The notes under the pieces: generated by a model
Told to the model about the DNA's origin: nothing
The model's input: the letters and a program-made list of their open reading frames with translations, nothing else
Database searches by the model: none
Assembly: GCF_023055435.1 (NCBI RefSeq)
Contig: NW_025964001.1
Location: 24,800,001 to 24,864,000, forward strand
Source of the DNA: Haliotis rufescens
Lineage: Eukaryota
DNA length: 64,000 nt
Reading direction: 5' to 3'
Translations under genes and position numbers: made by a program
Shown here: piece by piece, positions 1 through 14,402 of the stretch
How the letters are laid out: the number at the start of each line of letters is the position of its first letter
Numbering within the stretch: position 1 is the stretch's first letter

Positions 1-2239
1 CCACCGATGCTACATGTACTCGTCACAAGCACGTGCAAAGGCCAGTCAATTGTTCATCTGACCAAACACGGTATCATATGGTACAAGTAAAAAAGGGAAT
101 TATCAAACATCATTTTGTAGACACCAAAGACTTGAGCTGATGCAATATTGCTCGACATGAAGGGAAAGTTACTTACATTTTCAAACAGGTTTAATTATAA
201 TATTTTAAATAATGTATTTTATTGATAATGACAGTAAATGAGTGTTTTTTAAAACATGTTTGCTTATGCCTGTTTGATGAAATTGTTTTATCAATTTCTA
301 TTCATTTTTTTCACATTTCAATCTATTTGAGTCGGTGGATTCGTAATCCAAGAAAAGGAATGTCTGGCCCAATTGTAATGTGCTTGTACTAACGTTTGGC
401 CTTTTCTCTGTGAAGGTTCATACTGAATTACATCACGTTTCATCAAGGATAAGGACGAACACCATAATCAACATTATCCACGTCACTGAAAGTGGTTCCT
501 TCTCGACATATAACATTGACGTGTCTTGAAGTTGCACGTCTACGTTTTTATTCCAAAATGTCTATCTGTCTTCGCTTCGAATGCATACATGTATTTGCAA
601 CATGTGGTGGAACTATCAAGAGTTCAACTTCTTTTGAGAAATGCCTTCTCCAGCTATCAATGAAGCTCTTCTTACTCGTAATTCCGTTTCTAATCTTGGC
701 TTAACTTGAATTGCTGGTTCGAGATATAAGTTTAAAGCAGATAAGCCTACAATTCTCAGGTACAGCCTTATCTTTTACCAAATATTTCAGGTTCGTTGTC
801 GTTACTGTCGTTACGACTGGTTATGTTTGAGACGTCTGAACAGAATCGTGCGGATACCCTAACGGTAGTACTGCAGTTATATGTATTATGCATGGTGGGG
901 CTTGGTTGACACAGTAGCCGCAATTCGCCAGGAAGAGTTACGGACCTTAGGCGTACCAGGAACCAATGATCGTGCAAGAATTTCAGATTACCTCTGCTTA
1001 TGTTTCTTAATTCTCAGCACCAAAGTGGCAAACGTCTAACACATGCATCAATTCGGACTTTCCTTCTACATATTGTTTGTTGGTTTGTTTTTTTGTTGTC
1101 ATATGACGGTCCATGTACAAGTTGTCCCCTTGCAAAATTCTTTCAAGAAAAAGTACTGAGATTCAACCGTTTTCATGGTCAGAAGGAATATAGCCATAAC
1201 TCTGAGACTGTACACGTCGAGTTCAAAATGTCTTTCAAAAGAAATATGTCATGGATAACAAAAACAATTAGATTTTTGATACCGTATGACGGGTCATTTA
1301 TCTGTTTAATTATATATTTTCTTAAGTAACTATGACTCGCTATTTCGCCTTTGATACAATTTGTAAGAATTTTATTGGGCCCAATTTTGGATACTCATGT
1401 GAGCTTTGTGATGGATGTACATTAGATCAGAGTGACTAGACATATTGCAGTTGGAAGCAGCCAGAATCATTACTGTGCAAACGAAATATCATTATAATAT
1501 TATATCTAGAACCTTTGCAAGAACGAAACGAAAACTCGTCTATTATAACACACATATCACAATATAGCTCCTTCTTTCTTAAAAGATATTTTACGAAGTT
1601 CGACTGCTTCAGAAAATATATATACCCTTATAAATTCTGAAAATATCACAATTACCCGCTAGAGACTAAAACCTTCAAATGATTCTTTTTTTTCCCATCT
1701 ACTCTCAATCTGTGAAACGACACACATTAACTGAAAGAACTTGTGGTTCAACACAACACTTTAAAACATGCATACATGCCCTTCTCTCTTGGAATAAAAC
1801 ACATGATATTCAGCATACTAAGTTAAAACATAAGGTTAGTCAGTTAACGTTAATCCTATGTATGTAGACTAAGAGTTAGAGACACAGCAGGTAAATGTGA
1901 AAAAGCATATACATGTAATTACTTCTTTGAATATGACTTGTTAAACGAAGAAAGATACACTTTAATATTCAATAGAAATGGGGATTTACAGAAATCGATT
2001 TTGTATAGTTATATCTATAATTCGAAGATTTGTGTAAACTATACTGTGCTCATAATTCACTTACCTTTCCTCTTCTTTTCTTTCCTTCTGTACTGTTCAT
2101 GTGTAGTACAAAATGTAAAACAATTGTGTAAATGGGATGGGAGAAGGTGTCCTAAGTTGGAAAACCTGTACCCAATCCCATTCACATTTGGTAATAAAAT
2201 ATGTTTAACCCAACACATAAATGAAAGTGTCAAAGTCCT

Positions 2240-2830
2240 TTTCCATAGTAAGAAGATATCTATGCCAAAAGCAGAGTCGATTGTACGATTCCGAAAATAT
2301 CATGAACACGTGTTTATGAATCACTATGGAATAGTGGTGATACCAAATGTTCGCGAAAAGGTGAGCGTATCCTGAACCACTGGTGGCACTCGTCACAAAC
2401 ACATGCAAAGGCAAGTCAGTCGTTCACATCACATGACCATATGGTAAATTGAAAATAGGGAATTGCATCTGACATCATTTTTGCCACTGATGCGTCCAAT
2501 TTGGAAATGTCTACCACATGTCTACCATGTAAGCTTTACTTAGGCTTTGGATGTTGTAACCTTGATCAAACAACTGCTGAGCAAGTGTCATTTGTCGCTC
2601 TTTAAATCTGGGTAGAAAGTGCATGCTCGATTGTACCTAAAAATTGTGAAATGTAAACACCAATGACTGGAGCTGCATGACTATTGTTCTACATAAAGGT
2701 AAAGTTGACTTTTCGGCAGTTGAAGTCATCCCTCTTGTCATACAGCCTTGTTGAGAGTGTTTTTGCAATCTGAATCATTAAGCATCATTAAACTAAGTAT
2801 ATAACGGATGAGGCGGTCTCATTGGTCTCC
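2240..2830 (+). repeat. Old duplicated segment / dispersed repeat (other copies near 1-175, 8730-8875, 26755-27660, 38935-39580)
   Basis: Shared collinear blocks such as ttccata..gata, tgatacca.gtgttcgcgaaaag, tcgtcacaaacacatgcaaagg.aagtca and gggaattgcatc.gacat.atttt. Confidence 0.7.
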
Positions 2831-3706
2831 TTTATTTCTAGTTCAGGTGGTTAAGTTTGTGTACACCAAGACATCACTTTCAATGCTTTCTTCTATACAA
2901 GAAACATTAATACTGTACATACAATACCCTTGGGGCTATGTCGTTTTGAAAACATCAATTTGTACTTGAACATTCCATTCTCATTTGTATAGTAATTGTA
3001 TCTTTTATGTGTTCATCGTCTTTACTTATTTCCCGGTGGCGTCCTACGATGCAGCATCCAACCTCTTTAAAGCGTCATGTAAATATGGAATGCCGTTTTT
3101 AACTACATTCAATTCAGTGCAAGTTTTAAGCGTCTCAAATGTTTCTATTTAATGGTGCCACAGAGTCTAGTAGGACGATGGGCAATGCACTCTGTGACTT
3201 CCTTAACAAACATCATATGAATGTAATAGACCTGGTAAACCTTTCTGTCTCCGCTCAGCCAGTGCTCCGAGTAGTATAAACCAATGTTTTCAAAACAGAT
3301 TTAAATGTTTCTTGTAAACGATTTAGCAGTTATGAATGGACAAAAGGATTTATACCGTGAATTAAAATGTATTTATTTCCATATGTTGACTGTATAAATG
3401 TTCACCTGAAGATACGTTACTCAGCACTTCAGACATTTTCCCCTAAACTGGAACCCGGTTTGTGAAACACATAAAAAATACGTTACGGTACGATACGATA
3501 CAGATACGTTTGTGCTGTTATTTCATACACATACATATGTACTTGCCGTACATGTACACTGGCGAAGTTAACTTCGATGTGCATTTTGTGTAGCCAAGCA
3601 AAAAGATCATGAACATTGAAATCTTCGTTAGTCCGTTCGCTGTTAATCCGAAAAAATAAACACCTTCTCGACAACCTTGTTTGGGAATAATTATACATTT
3701 CTTTGA

Positions 3707-3938
3707 TTGTTTGTTTGTTGTTTAACGCCGCACTCAGCAGTATTCCACATACATGAAGGCGGTCTGTAAATAATCGAGTCTGGACCAGACAATCAAGGGA
3801 TTGATATCATAAGCATCGATCTACGCATTTGGGATAGGATGACATGCATCAACCAAGTCAGCGAGCCTGACCCCCCGATCCGTTTCTTCCGTAAAGAATT
3901 GATTGCTGAAGATCAATTCCAACCCGGATCTTCGCGGA
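3707..3938 (-). mobile_element. SINE-like family C copy
   Basis: Reverse of ...tgcgtagatcgatgct..tgtctggtccagactcgattatttacagaccgcc..gctgagtgcggcgttaaac(aaac)n. Confidence 0.85.
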
Positions 3939-4474
3939 TTTATTTATACTCAAAGGTGCATGACTACGTACCCATAATACGGACATTTGTCAACTCGGAC
4001 GATTTACTTGGAACAGTACCGCCAGGATTAACGAGGTTTCACAGCTACAGGATATGGAAGGCAAAGCGATCACCGAATTCACAGGAAGATGTAGGAAAAG
4101 TTGCATCTTTGTATTCATTTGTCAAAAGAACAGCTAAAGAGCTAAACCTACATAAATATAACTGCTACCATAGAGTTTATTGAAGACGAAAAGTACTGAA
4201 ACGCTAAATGCTATGAGATAATCCAAACACTGTCAACGAAAAGTCACTAAACGTGAGGGTGCAAGCTGAATCTGTGTGTTCATATACCGCTTAGCTGTGA
4301 AGAAAAGCAGAAAGGCAAGAAGGCTCACTTCCTTTGAAGAAAGTTATACTGAACATATTTATTTATTGTATTGCGCTAATTCTATTTAAATTGTGGGTGA
4401 GTATGTTGCACTACTTAACATCTAAACTTAGTGTGTATTGAACATGTTGCTGGTTAATAGTTGACTATATGGCA

Positions 4475-5865
4475 CTAGTTCACAGTTACACTGACTATTT
4501 CTTGTAGGTATTGCTGGCTCACAGTTGAGAATGTTACACCACTTCATAATTATACTTAATATTGCTTGTAGGTATTGCTGGTTAAGGGTTGAGAATGTTG
4601 CACCAGTTCACAGTTACACTAAATATTTATTGTAGGTATTGCTGGTTCACAGTTGAGAATGGTGCACCACTTCATAGTTACACTTAATATTGCTTGTAGG
4701 TATTGCTGGTTCACAGTTGAGAAAGTTGCACCACTTCATAGTTACACTAAATATTTATTGTAGGTATTGCTGGTTCACAGTTGAGAATGGTGCACCACTT
4801 CATAGTTACACTTAATATTGCTTGTAGGTATTGCTGGTTCACAGTTGAGAATGTTGCACCACTTCATAGTTACACTAAATATTTATTGTAGGTATTGCTG
4901 GTTCACAGTTGAGAATGGTGCACCACTTCATAGTTACACTTAATATTGCTTGTAGGTATTGCTGGTTCACAGTTGAGAAAGTTGCACCACTTCATAGTTA
5001 CACTAAATATTTATTGTAGGTATTGCTGGTTCACAGTTGAGAATGGTGCACCACTTCATAGTTACACTTAATATTGCTTGTAGGTATTGCTGGTTCACAG
5101 TTGAGAATGTTGCACCACTTCATAGTTACACTAAATATTTATTGTAGGTATTGCTGGTTCACAGTTGAGAATGGTGCACCACTTCATAGTTACACTTAAT
5201 ATTGCTTGTAGGTATTGCTGGTTCACAGTTGAGAATGTTGCACCACTTCATAGTTACACTGAATATTTATTGTAGGTATTGCTGGTTCACAGTTGAGAAT
5301 GGTGCACCACTTCATAGTTACACTTAATATTGCTTGTAGGTATTGGTGGTTCACAGTTGAGAATGTTGCACCACTTCATAGTTACACTAAAAAATTATTG
5401 TAGGTATTGCTGGTTCACAGTTGAGAATGGTCCACCACTTCATAGTTACACTTAATATTGCTTGAAGGTATTGGTGGTTCACAGTTGAGAATGTTGCATG
5501 ACTTCATAGTTACACTAAATATTTATTGTAGGCATTGCTGGTTCCAAGTTGAGAATGGTGCACCACTTCATAGTTACACTTAATATTGCTTGAAGGTATT
5601 GGTGGTTCACAGTTGAGAATGTTGCATGACTTTACAATTAAACGTAGTAGTTATTGTGGGTATTGCTTGTTTACAGTTGAGAATGTTGCACCAGTTCACA
5701 ATTACACTGACTATTTCTTGTAGGTATTGCTGCTTCACAGTTTAGTATGTTGCACGACTTTACAATTGAACTTAGTAGTTATTTTAGGTATTGGTTGTTC
5801 ATAGCTGAATATCTTGCGCCACTTCACAGTTAAACCTATTGTTTCTTGTAGGTATTGATGGTCAA
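4475..5865. repeat. Minisatellite, 64-bp monomer, about 21 copies, alternating A/B monomers (128-bp higher-order unit)
   Basis: gtaggtattgctggttcacagttgagaat(g/t).tgcaccacttcatagttacact... recurs at 4632, 4696, 4760 and onward. Confidence 0.97.
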
Positions 5866-7709
5866 CAGCTAAGTTCACTAATTCACATTTTAATCAATTT
5901 TAGTATTTAACGATATTCATGTTGCTGGTTGAGTGATGCACTACTTCGGTGCATTTATTTTGTTGTCTGACATAAACCATGGCAGCAATGTTTCAGCTAT
6001 TTCACGACAGCCTGTAAATAATCGAGTCTGGACCAGATTATCGAGTGGTTAATATTATGGGCAACAATCCACGTCGTCGGGGTACGATGGCATGCAATAA
6101 ACCAAGTCACCGAGCCTGACCGCCCGATCCATTTGTCGCCTCTAACCACAAGCATATGATTCTGGAGACCTAATTTACCCGAAATCACCATATGATAGTT
6201 TAACGTAGTATTTAATTATTTGCATTACTTGGTTGTGGTTGAATATGGTGAACTAACTCACGGTTTTACTTAATGTCAAATGACACATTTTCTGAATCCG
6301 ATTGTTACAATGTGTGACCTAGTTCTCTGTCATTGTGCCCAAGGACCTTTTAGTTTTTAAGTAGTTCTACGAATTACACAAATTAAAGGGAAAGAAATTT
6401 CTTTTGACAAGTCGAAACAGTTTGTGGCAATCAAAGGAAATAGAAAAAATACGAGATTTAATCATCACTGTTTGGTGGACCACCTACAATGAATTTTCAG
6501 CTAAACCAACTAATAAAAAGTAAAAGGCCTTATAACCCGGATCGCTGCACCATCCGTCAAGCACTTGTTCGCCTTTCTTAAACCAGAATAATCGCAACGT
6601 GCGATAATGATCAAAAGGTCCATACAACTGTTGTGTAGGGTTTGTGGATGTAAATATGTGACAACTGACACGTGTTGTGGCATGCGGGTCATCATTCCCC
6701 TATGGTGTGTGTCAATGGTTTTGTTTACGCCACAGTCAGCAATAGCCAAGTAATGCCATGGCGGATGATATATACTGAACAACAGAAATTCCCGTGACAT
6801 TGAATCAAATTTAATATAAAATTATGTTTTTTACCAAATCTGACACAATTTCGGTTTGCAACAGATAAAATGGTTGTCTTGCAACATCACGTTGTCTCGA
6901 TCCTGCTTGAAGCATACCAATGGCTCGCTGCCGCTCATTTTCGGACAGGCGTGGCATTTCGTAATGATGAATAATTGCGTAGTTTTGTTGTTTTTCTGAG
7001 TGGTACTCAGTACGATGCTAAACAATGCATATGGATCCCGTTAACGCACATGTTTTTATACCCATTCTTGGGTTGTGAAATGCATGGGGCTTGCATAAAA
7101 ATCAACTTTTGCATGGAATGCATGCTTTTCTGTAGCACTTGCGTTTTTGTTACTTGATTCCATACATGTATTACAATATTGAAAACCAACCTTTACTTCT
7201 TTGAAAAATTACACTAAAATATTGTTGTCACAGGAACTTTTGCTGTTGAGTATATAAATAATTATGTCTGAGCCAGGCAAACTAGAAGTCTAGTGTAAGA
7301 GCAATGAGCCCACACCGTTGAGGTTCGTTGATGCACAGTCATCCAAGTCTAACGTTGTAGCCATGCGATCCTCATACGACGAGCATGGGGGTGCAGGGAG
7401 TTTACTCTGACCAGGCATCCCTAAAATATGCCTACTCTTACAGCACCACCGGTTTGTCATATGCACCAGGCCACACTTCTCTAAACTGCCGGGCAAATGA
7501 AAGTATACACACATGTTTAATGGTGGCTGAAAATAAAACACACAAGAAATTGTTATTCGATGGTGATGTATTTTATACGGGTATCATAGTTGTGTTTTGA
7601 ACGTTGCGTTTGTATTATTTCGGCGGCAGTTTTCAGCCTGCTAACGTTTAAAAAAAATGTAATGTTTTGGTCAAATTCAATTTTTAAGTGAATACACTGT
7701 TTTTTGAGC

Positions 7710-7895
7710 GAATGGAGGGTGCTACCCTGAGGGCAGGACATGTTTACCCTTGTCGCGAACTCCTAGTGTCATCCACTGTGGTCCATTCATATAACTTTCA
7801 CATCTATTTTGCCCTTTACGCCAAATGGGATCTGTTTCGGTGGATAATCTAGACTGGTTATTTATTATCATGCACTGACAATTTATATTTTCCCG
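7710..7895 (+). repeat. Dispersed repeat fragment, paralog of 21410-21592
   Basis: gggtgct.cc...agggcaggacatg..taccctt.tcg..aac.cct.gtgtcat...ttcatataa...ttgcccttta.gccaa.tgg is shared. Confidence 0.75.
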
Positions 7896-8989
7896 ACAAC
7901 CTATGTTTAAAATGAAGTATAAAATAACTCTTTGCGCAAGACTGTTCCTGTCCTACATCTTACCCATGTACAGTACTGCTGACCCAATTCTCTCACTCTC
8001 TACTGTAATAATCAAACTGGTATTACCAATACGCCAAACATATCCTAGATAGTTATGACCTCCAGAATCAGATCTGTTTGAACAGAAGATTGCAGTGTTG
8101 CTATTTGATCCTTCTCTTGAAGAGGTGACTTAAGTATGTCAATATGTGACTACTATAAATACCAGCTGTGCGATGGAAGGTTGGGTCGTACGTCAAGGAT
8201 TTCTTACTAAATCACTCATACACAACTAGGTCGAAACTAATTTGATGGAGTGCCTTAAAGCTGGTGTGTAGATTTGTATGACAACGCCAGAATTGTGGAA
8301 TAGGCCTTTACATGTATCTTGTTAACTGGGCCTCGAGTACATGAAGGAGATAATTGATCGCAGCTTGGGGGAAGTTTAGAACCACTTGTAACATGGGCTG
8401 AGGGAGATTCTTTATGACATATCGTAACTAGGTTAAATGCTTCAGAACCAAGTAGATGTGAATCAGTCAAACATAGAACCAGAGTATTGCACATTTTCAA
8501 ATGAAGGAAAAGAGGATGTTCCTTCACTTGTTCTTTAAAATTGTATTCGAAAGAGGAGTGAAGTCCATGACAGGTGTATATAGACGATGAAACCTCGAAC
8601 TGATTTTACTCGATATGCAATGAAAGGCGACATTGTCGTCACTGTGGGGTCTAATTCGATACTCTGCTTGTCTCGAACTAATTCGATGCATTATCGATGG
8701 TTATTCTAAGCTAAGAAAGTTTCACTGTAGCCATGTCAACGATCGTAAATATAAGCGACAAAGCCATTTCCATAATCGTAAGATATCTCTACTGAGAGCA
8801 GAGTCCCTTGTACGATTTCAACTATATCATAAGCATGTTTCTTGTGAATCGCTATCAAATTGTGATGATACCTTAGGCAGTGATGAAGCAATGATTACAC
8901 CTGTACAAGAAGGTCAATCTCATCAATCATGAATTATGCATTAAATGCATCACATTTTATATGAAGCACTGTGTCTGCAAGCGCAAGCA

Positions 8990-9560
8990 ATCATTATTCA
9001 TGTAGCTCCATGGCAGCAAGGGGATTACGCATTGTGCATTCACGTGAATCACGTCAGCAATCATAAGTAATGGTTATACATTTTCATTTAGTTCCTTGAG
9101 ATCAGTCGGAACTAATAAGCTTGCATATATGTGTAGCTCTGTTGCAGTTGTCATGAGTAATCAGCACTTACTTTACATATAATTCCATATCAGCAATCGT
9201 GTTAGTAATCAATATGCACGTACGTGTTATTCTTGTCAGTAATCACAATTTGTCTTCATTTATGGGAATTTCTATGTAAGCAATTGTCAGTAATCACAAT
9301 GGATTCATCCATGAAAATCCATAGTACATGTACATTATCATCCTGCATATATTTGCAGCTCCATGTCAGTAATTGTAAGTAATAATGCATTTACATGTAG
9401 CCCCACGTCGACAATCGTGAGTAATCAAAATTGCATTAACATGTAGCATCCACGTTAATCATCGTGAGTAATCATTATGCATTTACATGCAGCGTGGATC
9501 CGTGTCAGCAATCGAGATAATGTTTATATATACATGTCAGCAATGGTGAGTAATAACCAC
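8990..9560. repeat. Degenerate tandem repeat (about 42-46 bp unit)
   Basis: Recurring atgtagctccatgtcagcaatcgtgagtaatca...tgcatttac. Confidence 0.7.
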
Positions 9561-9699
9561 CGTGTAATTAATACTATTAGACCTACTATCAAAGCATATC
9601 ACCCATAAAGTGTCCAGTGAAATGCCACGTTCATACAGTGTGCAATTGGCGTTACACTAGTACTATGCCTAATGACGACCAGTACATTCTCACAGGCAG

Positions 9700-9814
9700 C
9701 ATGGGTTGTATACTCCCCAGGGAGCTGAGAATGAAAATCGAGTGTTCACTGATCCATTGACCGGGGTAATAATAGTGTAGCGCTATGAGCATCCGCTTGG
9801 TGAATGGAATCTGG
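9700..9814 (+). mobile_element. Fragment of a different SINE (3' half, truncated by the gap)
   Basis: gggttgtatactccccagggagctgag and tgtagcgctatgagcat resemble bodies and L2/CR1-type tails of invertebrate tRNA-SINEs; recognised from memory. Confidence 0.4.
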
Positions 9815-9966
9815 NNNNNNNNNNNNNNNNNNNNNNNNNNNNNNNNNNNNNNNNNNNNNNNNNNNNNNNNNNNNNNNNNNNNNNNNNNNNNNNNNNNNNN
9901 NNNNNNNNNNNNNNNNNNNNNNNNNNNNNNNNNNNNNNNNNNNNNNNNNNNNNNNNNNNNNNNNNN
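9815..9966. other. Assembly gap (152 N)
   Basis: Run of n. Confidence 1.
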
Positions 9967-12900
9967 TTATCAGTTAAACACCAGTTTTCTGTCACCAGGT
10001 ATAACATAAGTGCATGTTCTTCATAGCTATCGACAAGCGCGATGCATTATTAACTAGCATGTTTAGCCCCATGAAATGAAAACACTACAAGCGCCAATCC
10101 GCCTGTAACACCTACGAGTACAACTGAGGGTCATACATACTAACAGCATTACACAAACACACGGCGACAACAGCATTACACAAACACACGGCGACAATCT
10201 CCACCACAGCTATCTCGGCCTCAGTGACGTTGAATCAGGTTCAACTGCGACCATCGGCATTGATACCGTCGGGTGCCACAGCAAGTTTTCAATCAAGTAA
10301 TGGTTTCAATGAATCCTTTCGACTGGCAACCTTTCCTCAACATTCCGTCTCCCCCGCCTGACTGTCTGCAGTACACTTTGTTCCATATGTCCGGCATTAT
10401 CAGGCTTCTGCGGATCATGGACCCGACGTGTCGGGAATAACACCAAGAACAATTACCAATGTTAAATGTGTTTGTTAGACGTGATTTGTATTGATTTGAT
10501 GTTGCAGCGCTCACGGCTACATCGTGTTGGCTTCACTGATTCATTGCTTGTTGATTGTATTCCTTCAAGATGTGGAGAGAAAAACTCATATGGCTTCGGG
10601 ATGTTCTTTTCAATATGTCTTACGCATCGCAGACACCATTGAGTACAGGGGATAAGTACACGACAAGCCAGCTCTGCTTCAGTGTGGTTTCCTTTTGGTG
10701 GTTCCAGGTTGTTTTGTGGGTTGTACAACTACTCTCTTCTGAGTACGCGGGTTTTGTGAACCATCGATTGAGGGGAATTATTGCAGTTCTCGGCTGTTCA
10801 AGTGTCGGTATCGCATGAATCAAATTGTCGATTTATTAGAAATTTCAATTTCAGGCTGACGTGGAAATGCCCGTACTTATGCACGTTTCAAGTGGAGAGA
10901 AAGATTTCATTTACATCTTGTTTCACTCTTCATACATATACTTCCACTAACGGTAATGTCCTGACTGATTCAAGCTGTAACAACTGGTGCAGGTTTTTAT
11001 TAAATTTATTTCAGTATAAAGGCCACAGGTTTTGATACATGCATTATATACAAAGTGGTGGTACAATACCAAGAGGCAAAGAGTGTAGTTAAAGTACAAA
11101 TTAGAATTATAATGATGAAGAACGTAAAGATAATGACAAGGTTCCAATGTCAGTTTTTTAAGTTGGTGTAGGGAAAACACGTGTCTTAAAAAAACATACG
11201 TTCGGCATACTAACAAAGAAATGCAACTCATCTTCCATAATATTTTTACAAAAACGACAAAATATAAGGTTTCTAGCTGCACCCAGATCTACATTGTATG
11301 CCATATGACTTTTCTTTTAGGCTATTATATTGACAAAAAGAGGAAACTGTCAGTTAAGCGTCCTTGTTTTGTTATCCGTAATATATAAACATGCATTCTA
11401 TCAGTAGCTATCATTACATATGACGACTTCTAAGTACCATAGGGAAATACAGGTGCGAACTAAACCTTAGTTACCCATGTTTATCTCCTGAGCCGACTTA
11501 TGGGGTTATAATGCATGACCTCGCTCAGTGCGTATCATGTTGCACCGATGACGTGGTTTATTCTCTCAACCACTGGTCATCTGGCCCAGATTCAGTTATG
11601 AACAGGCCGCCTTGATAAAGATGCAGTATTACTGACTGTGGTGTAAAACAACATTGACTCACCATTAAGAAACAATGGGTTCAAGTAAGGGTGTACATAA
11701 AAACGTCAAAACCCCTTCCCTGTTCACAAGACATCTCTGCCAACAACAGAGTCGATTATACGATTCTGACCATATCAAGAGCATGTGTTCATGAATCACT
11801 GTCACCTTTCTTTAAAACCGCTATAAAACAATACATGTTATCCATGTAGTTGTGTTTATATCGACTAAATTATCATAGCTATTATAAGGCAGAATTGTTA
11901 TTAAGAAGACCATTGCCTCCCGGATGTATTAAGGCATCCTGGTATTGTTGTATCTGGTTAAGTCACATAATGGACGTCCACAAGTACCCCTGCCAGCGTA
12001 GCATAATTCTTCAAATTCTAAATTGTACAACACCATGAACGATTTAACCAAAAACAATGAAGCTTCTAGGATCATAGCACGCCTAATTCAGCACACCACG
12101 CCTTTTTCAATATAAAAAACCTCACTGAGACACACTGGTCACGTAAGGTGTTCTGAGTATATTTTGAGACTATTGATACGACAATAAAAAAAATTGATCA
12201 ATACGTCAATGACAATGATCCCAAATCCCCATATAATTACCAACGCCGTGAATATACCTAGTGGTTGTTTGTCAAAGGACGATCCTGTTGTCTTCCTCAA
12301 CCGATGGCTGTCCAATGATCAATGATCTCTTGTGGTCCTCCATATCAATATTTGCCTATAACTTGACTCGAGCTTCCTTTCACTGCCACCGTGCTCATCT
12401 CGTCAAGGATATTGATCAGAAATTTTATAGGCTAATAGCAGGAGAAACTGAAACCTATCCAGGCATAATATTGCGCCTAAATCATTGATTTTATCAGTAT
12501 TAGATCCGCGATTTCAGTATCAGGAGAAGGATTTGGCTGTGAGACAAACGGGGAAACAACTCCGCTCTTGTCTGAGTGGCACAATCAATGTTCTCCTGCT
12601 AGCATGGTCCACGTCTGATTTAATAGTGAGGAGCGAGCTGAGAGGGAATCTATACTACACATGACTCCCAGGATCATCACCGATAAATCGTGCTTTAGTG
12701 GTATTGGAATTGGCTCGGTCGATTTTAACCATTAAAATTTTGGTAGCATTACTTTTACGATCCGGATAAGGAAGAAAGATTTGAAGGGAGTAAAAACTAA
12801 ACCCTATCAGAAGTTGAAATACTTGCCTAATTCTTGTTTACAGGTTCGAGAGAGAATAGCTTTGTCGCAAAAAAGCCAAAAAAATATATTTCATGAGACG

Positions 12901-13404
12901 CTTACTTTCAACGTACGTTTTTTTAACAACTGCAGTTGGAAGTGTCAGATATCTGTCTTCGTGCGAACAAGCAATCGGTAGTCAAGCTGAAACAAGATAT
13001 GCCGGTTCTTCTATATCCGTCTGTCTGTGGTATAGAGCAGCAAAGGAAGACCTCCACAGAAACACATCTATTCCGAACATGTAGGCTGATCGAAAGTGAA
13101 GCTGACAAAAGGATATATGCGCACACGATGCTTGCATTAGAAGCCTTTACACGGTTCAGCGCAATGCAAACTATTCAGTAAACAACGACGTATGTAGTAA
13201 TTGTAGGAAACAATTAGCATGCTTACATTTCAAACAAAATTACTTTAAAAAGCGTTGAAAGGCTAAACGGCAAAACGCGTTCGGAGTGTTATTGAACTAC
13301 GACCTGTCCAAATTAAGGCATGAACGAGGTCGTTAATTATGGCGATAACTATAATTATATTAGAACCAGGTTGATGCCATATGTCTTGTGACACAGTTCA
13401 GTGC

Positions 13405-14040
13405 ATATCGTGTTTATTGCAATATGAAACAAGATCTATGTCGTGTAAAATATTAAACATGTTTCAATATATAGCATGTTTATTGCAATATGAAACAAGA
13501 TCTATGTCGTGTAAAATATTAAACATGTTTCAATATATAGCATGTTTATTGCAATATGAAACAAGATCTATGTCGTGTAAAATATTAAACATGTTTCAAT
13601 ATATAGCATGTTTATTGCAATATGAAACAAGATCTATGTCGTGTAAAATATTAAACATGTTTCAATATATAGCATGTTTATTGCAATATGAAACAAGATC
13701 TATGTCGTGTAAAATATTAAACATGTTTCAATATATAGCATGTTTATTGCAATATGAAACAAGATCTGTTTCGTGTAAAATATTAAACATGTTTCAATAT
13801 ATAGCATGTTTTTTGCAATATGAAACAAGATTTGTGTCGTGTAAAATATTAAACATGTTTCAATATATAGCATGTTTATTGCAATATGAAACAAGATCTG
13901 TGTCGTGTAAAATATTATACATGTTTCAATATATAGCATGTTTATTGCAATATCAAACAAGATCTGTGTCGTGTAGAATATTTAACATGTTTCAAAATAT
14001 AGCATGTTTATTGCAATATGAAACAAGATCTGTGTTATGT
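13405..14040. repeat. Minisatellite, 66-bp unit, about 9.5 copies
   Basis: catgtttattgcaatatgaaacaagatctatgtcgtgtaaaatattaaacatgtttcaatatatag at 13475, 13541 and onward. Confidence 0.97.
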
Positions 14041-14119
14041 GATATTTCACACGTTAAAGAAAGCATGATAATGGCAATATCCACCAAGATAAGTGACATG
14101 TAATATGATACACGTTTCT

Positions 14120-14402
14120 GGGGCACGGGTGGCCCAGTCGTCTGAGGCGCCGCGATTCGCTGTGCAGAGTTGCGTCCCTTGGGCACGCCAGAAACCTATG
14201 ATTGTGGGCTCGAATCCCGGTTCGCTACGATGATGTTTCTAGGTTTGTCAGCACCATACCCGTGCTCGTGGGTTTCACCGAAGTGGTGAACGTCTGAGAC
14301 CTGCATCACTTCGGGCTTTCCTCCCACATTAAGCTGACACGCCGCGATATAACAGGAATACTGTTAAAAGCGGCATTAAACCCAACTCACTCACTCACTC
14401 AC
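14120..14402 (+). mobile_element. tRNA-derived SINE family B (about 285 bp, (ACTC)n tail)
   Basis: A-box TGGCCCAGTCG, B-box variant GGCTCGAATCC, TSD tg(a/t)tacacgtttc; near-identical to 46954 and 62215. Confidence 0.92.

Noticed and set aside
4260-4402. Possible non-coding exon ending in the donor gtgagt
   Set aside because: A single motif with no linked downstream exon
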